Positions 62,062 to 64,000 of a stretch of 64,000 nt of DNA are shown here, piece after piece. Made by a program: the position numbers and the translations under genes. The notes under the pieces are model-generated. The model did no database searches and was not told the origin of the DNA. It saw only the letters and a list, made by a program, of their open reading frames with translations. Source of the stretch: Entomortierella parvispora E1425. Lineage: Eukaryota; Fungi; Mortierellomycota. Where the stretch lies: NCBI GenBank assembly GCA_020891255.1, contig BQFW01000007.1, positions 434,001 through 498,000 of the forward strand. The letters are read 5' to 3'. How positions within the stretch are numbered: the first letter of the stretch is position 1; every line of letters starts with the position of its first letter.

Positions 62062-63863
62062 GTTTCGCAGGGAGACACCGCCGTGCAACCAGAGGGGAGA
62101 GGAGCCACGATGGAGGAGGAATGAAGCGAATAATGCTGAGAAGAATGTTTTGCAAGGGCAAGGACAAAGCAGCAAACGGATGGGCAACGGACGGCGAGAA
62201 GGAGAGTGGCCGCTAGAGTTGCTATTGATAGGGGAGGAGGAGGGGAGGAGGAAGGGAAGAGTGGGGAAGGGGAACGGATTACAAGAAAGAGGACAGAAGC
62301 GAAGAGAAGGTGGGAAGAAGGGAGGCGGTGAGTGTGTGTGTGTGTGTCAGTGTGCACCATTGACCTCGCTGGCAGACTCGTGATCTAGTCACATGACTGG
62401 CTTCTGTCAGGTGACGAGTTGAGTTGTCAGACTCAGACTCAAGCATTGCGATTCTCCTCTGGAAAATAGTGTTGACAGTTATCGGCGATTAGCCGACGCT
62501 GACTGAGGCGATTGATATGTGTGATAATGGCCCAAAGTAGACTATATGGGATAATGGCCCAAACAAACCAGAAAAGAAGCCATGGGTCACTTCTCTTTCT
62601 AGAGACTGTCTGCACTTCTTTGAAAAGCTTGGGTCCTGTCGTGTACTTTCGCTTCCTGCAGCTCTATGACAACGAACTTGGGTTCTTCAATTCTATCAAG
62701 AGATTCGTCTCGAAAGAGCCAATTTATTACCTCTAATATTGCTATGTGCCGCCGCATGTTGTTTCCGGCGCCTGCCAGTATGCAATTGCTCAGGTTATCA
62801 AGTTGATCTCAAACTCACCTAGGACGAAAGAGCAACAAATTGTCGCCAGTCACTTGTGTGGCTTTTTTCTTGCAGAATGAAATAGCCCCCATGTAAACAG
62901 TCAAGAACAACTGCTCTTCCGGTTTTCACCCTATACTTTTACAGCTCAGCCCTGTCCCCTCTGCCCCCGTCACTTCGCGCTATCCAATGGCCGCCATGAG
63001 GATTCTGAAACGGTCCCTACCCTATAAAAACCAATTGCTCCCTGCGGCCCTTGTGTGCGGATTAATGTCACGCTCGCACAGAGTCACTCTTTTGTTTTCT
63101 TATGATCTCCATAGCATCAAAGTGCTAGTGTATAGCAAGAAGGATTGTAATCACCAGAGGTCCCTCACAACACCCCATTGGGGTGGGGACCCTGGCAGGG
63201 GCACTTTATATCGTCTCGGCTTACTCCTCGCCCGGGATCGAGTGTCTACAAAGCCTCTGCGGAAATTTTTATTTTTATTTTTTTTTTTCTCTTTGTCACT
63301 TGAAAGACAACCAACAAAAAAGAACTTGGGCGAATTTGGAAGAAGGAATGGGCTGGCTTTGAGTTATGGTGACGGATACCATTATCCAATTGCTAAGTAA
63401 AAAAAGGCAACGTTCCGTCGGTGAAAAATCGCCAGCATTCATCAACCCTCCGTGCTGCACGCCATCGCGCGGCGTTCCTTCCTCCTTGGTTCTTTTTCGT
63501 GTGGGCCCCTCACTTTGTTCTTGATGTCTCCGTTTTTATATTCTTGGCCGCGGATCAGATCCGTGAGCCTCTTTTTTTTCAGGTTCGCTCCCTTTCTTCT
63601 TCTACGAATGATGGCAAGGGTGTTCCTCGGACGGAGAGAGAGGCACGGCTCTTTTTTTTTGTTGTCTTCCATTGTTCTTTTTATCTTTCTTTTTCTCTCT
63701 CTCTCGTTCTCTTGTTCTCTTGCTTTTCTTCTCCTTTTCCCCTTTCTTTCATCATCAGACCCACACGACTTTAGTACACACGACACAGAGCAATCTCCTC
63801 TCCTTTGTCGTTTTCGTTCCAATTGCTTTTTTTTTCTGCTCCCGTCTTTTGCCTTGGTAACAA

Positions 63864-64000
63864 ATGCTCTGGCACTATTTTCCAGGTATTCTGGCCATTG
63901 CCTCTATTGCTCTAGCAGATGGTAAGGACTACTAAGAGAGAAAAAAACAGTGATCAACGGACATCCCCCTGCCTGGCTCTAACCGCTTACGACTTTTTTT
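63864..64000 (+). CDS. Probable first exon of a secreted protein (truncated by the window edge)
   Basis: After a CT-rich leader, ATG 63864 gives MLWHYFPGILAIASIALAD (signal-peptide-like), followed by a G|GTAAGG donor at 63922. Confidence 0.45.

Noticed and set aside
62987-63860. Several 60-160 aa ORFs near the right edge
   Set aside because: They are F/S/L-rich translations of CT-rich leader DNA and are not coding-like.

Overview
Intron-rich eukaryotic DNA, most likely from a Mortierellaceae (Mucoromycota) fungus. The taxon is inferred from short GT-AG introns, CT-rich leaders, long homopolymers and gene families I recall as Mortierella-expanded. The ORF track fragments most genes, so I rebuilt the models by reading splice sites by eye. 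Genes in order: APC5 (runs off the left edge) head-to-head with RPR2/Rpp21; two tandem paralogous RNI-like LRR genes flanked by degenerate LRR relics; an FAD-dependent oxidoreductase; an AKR7-like aldo-keto reductase; a FAM72-like protein; a myosin-motor chitin synthase; the PMA1 H+-ATPase; a disrupted membrane-protein pseudogene; a C1orf74/DUF4504-like gene; a 62-aa YABBY/HMG-like protein; a polyQ coiled-coil protein; a very divergent mitochondrial carrier; a Myb protein with a split repeat; two low-complexity proteins that each carry an IER/SERTA-like motif; and the first exon of a possible secreted protein. The two strongest leads are (1) the NTPase-less LRR receptor-like cluster, with a TORNADO1-C-like domain, variable LRR number, relic repeats and a shared 19-bp upstream element, and (2) the pair of IER/SERTA-like genes. 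All family assignments come from motif recall, not database searches. I recognised no rRNA, tRNA, CRISPR array or intact transposon.
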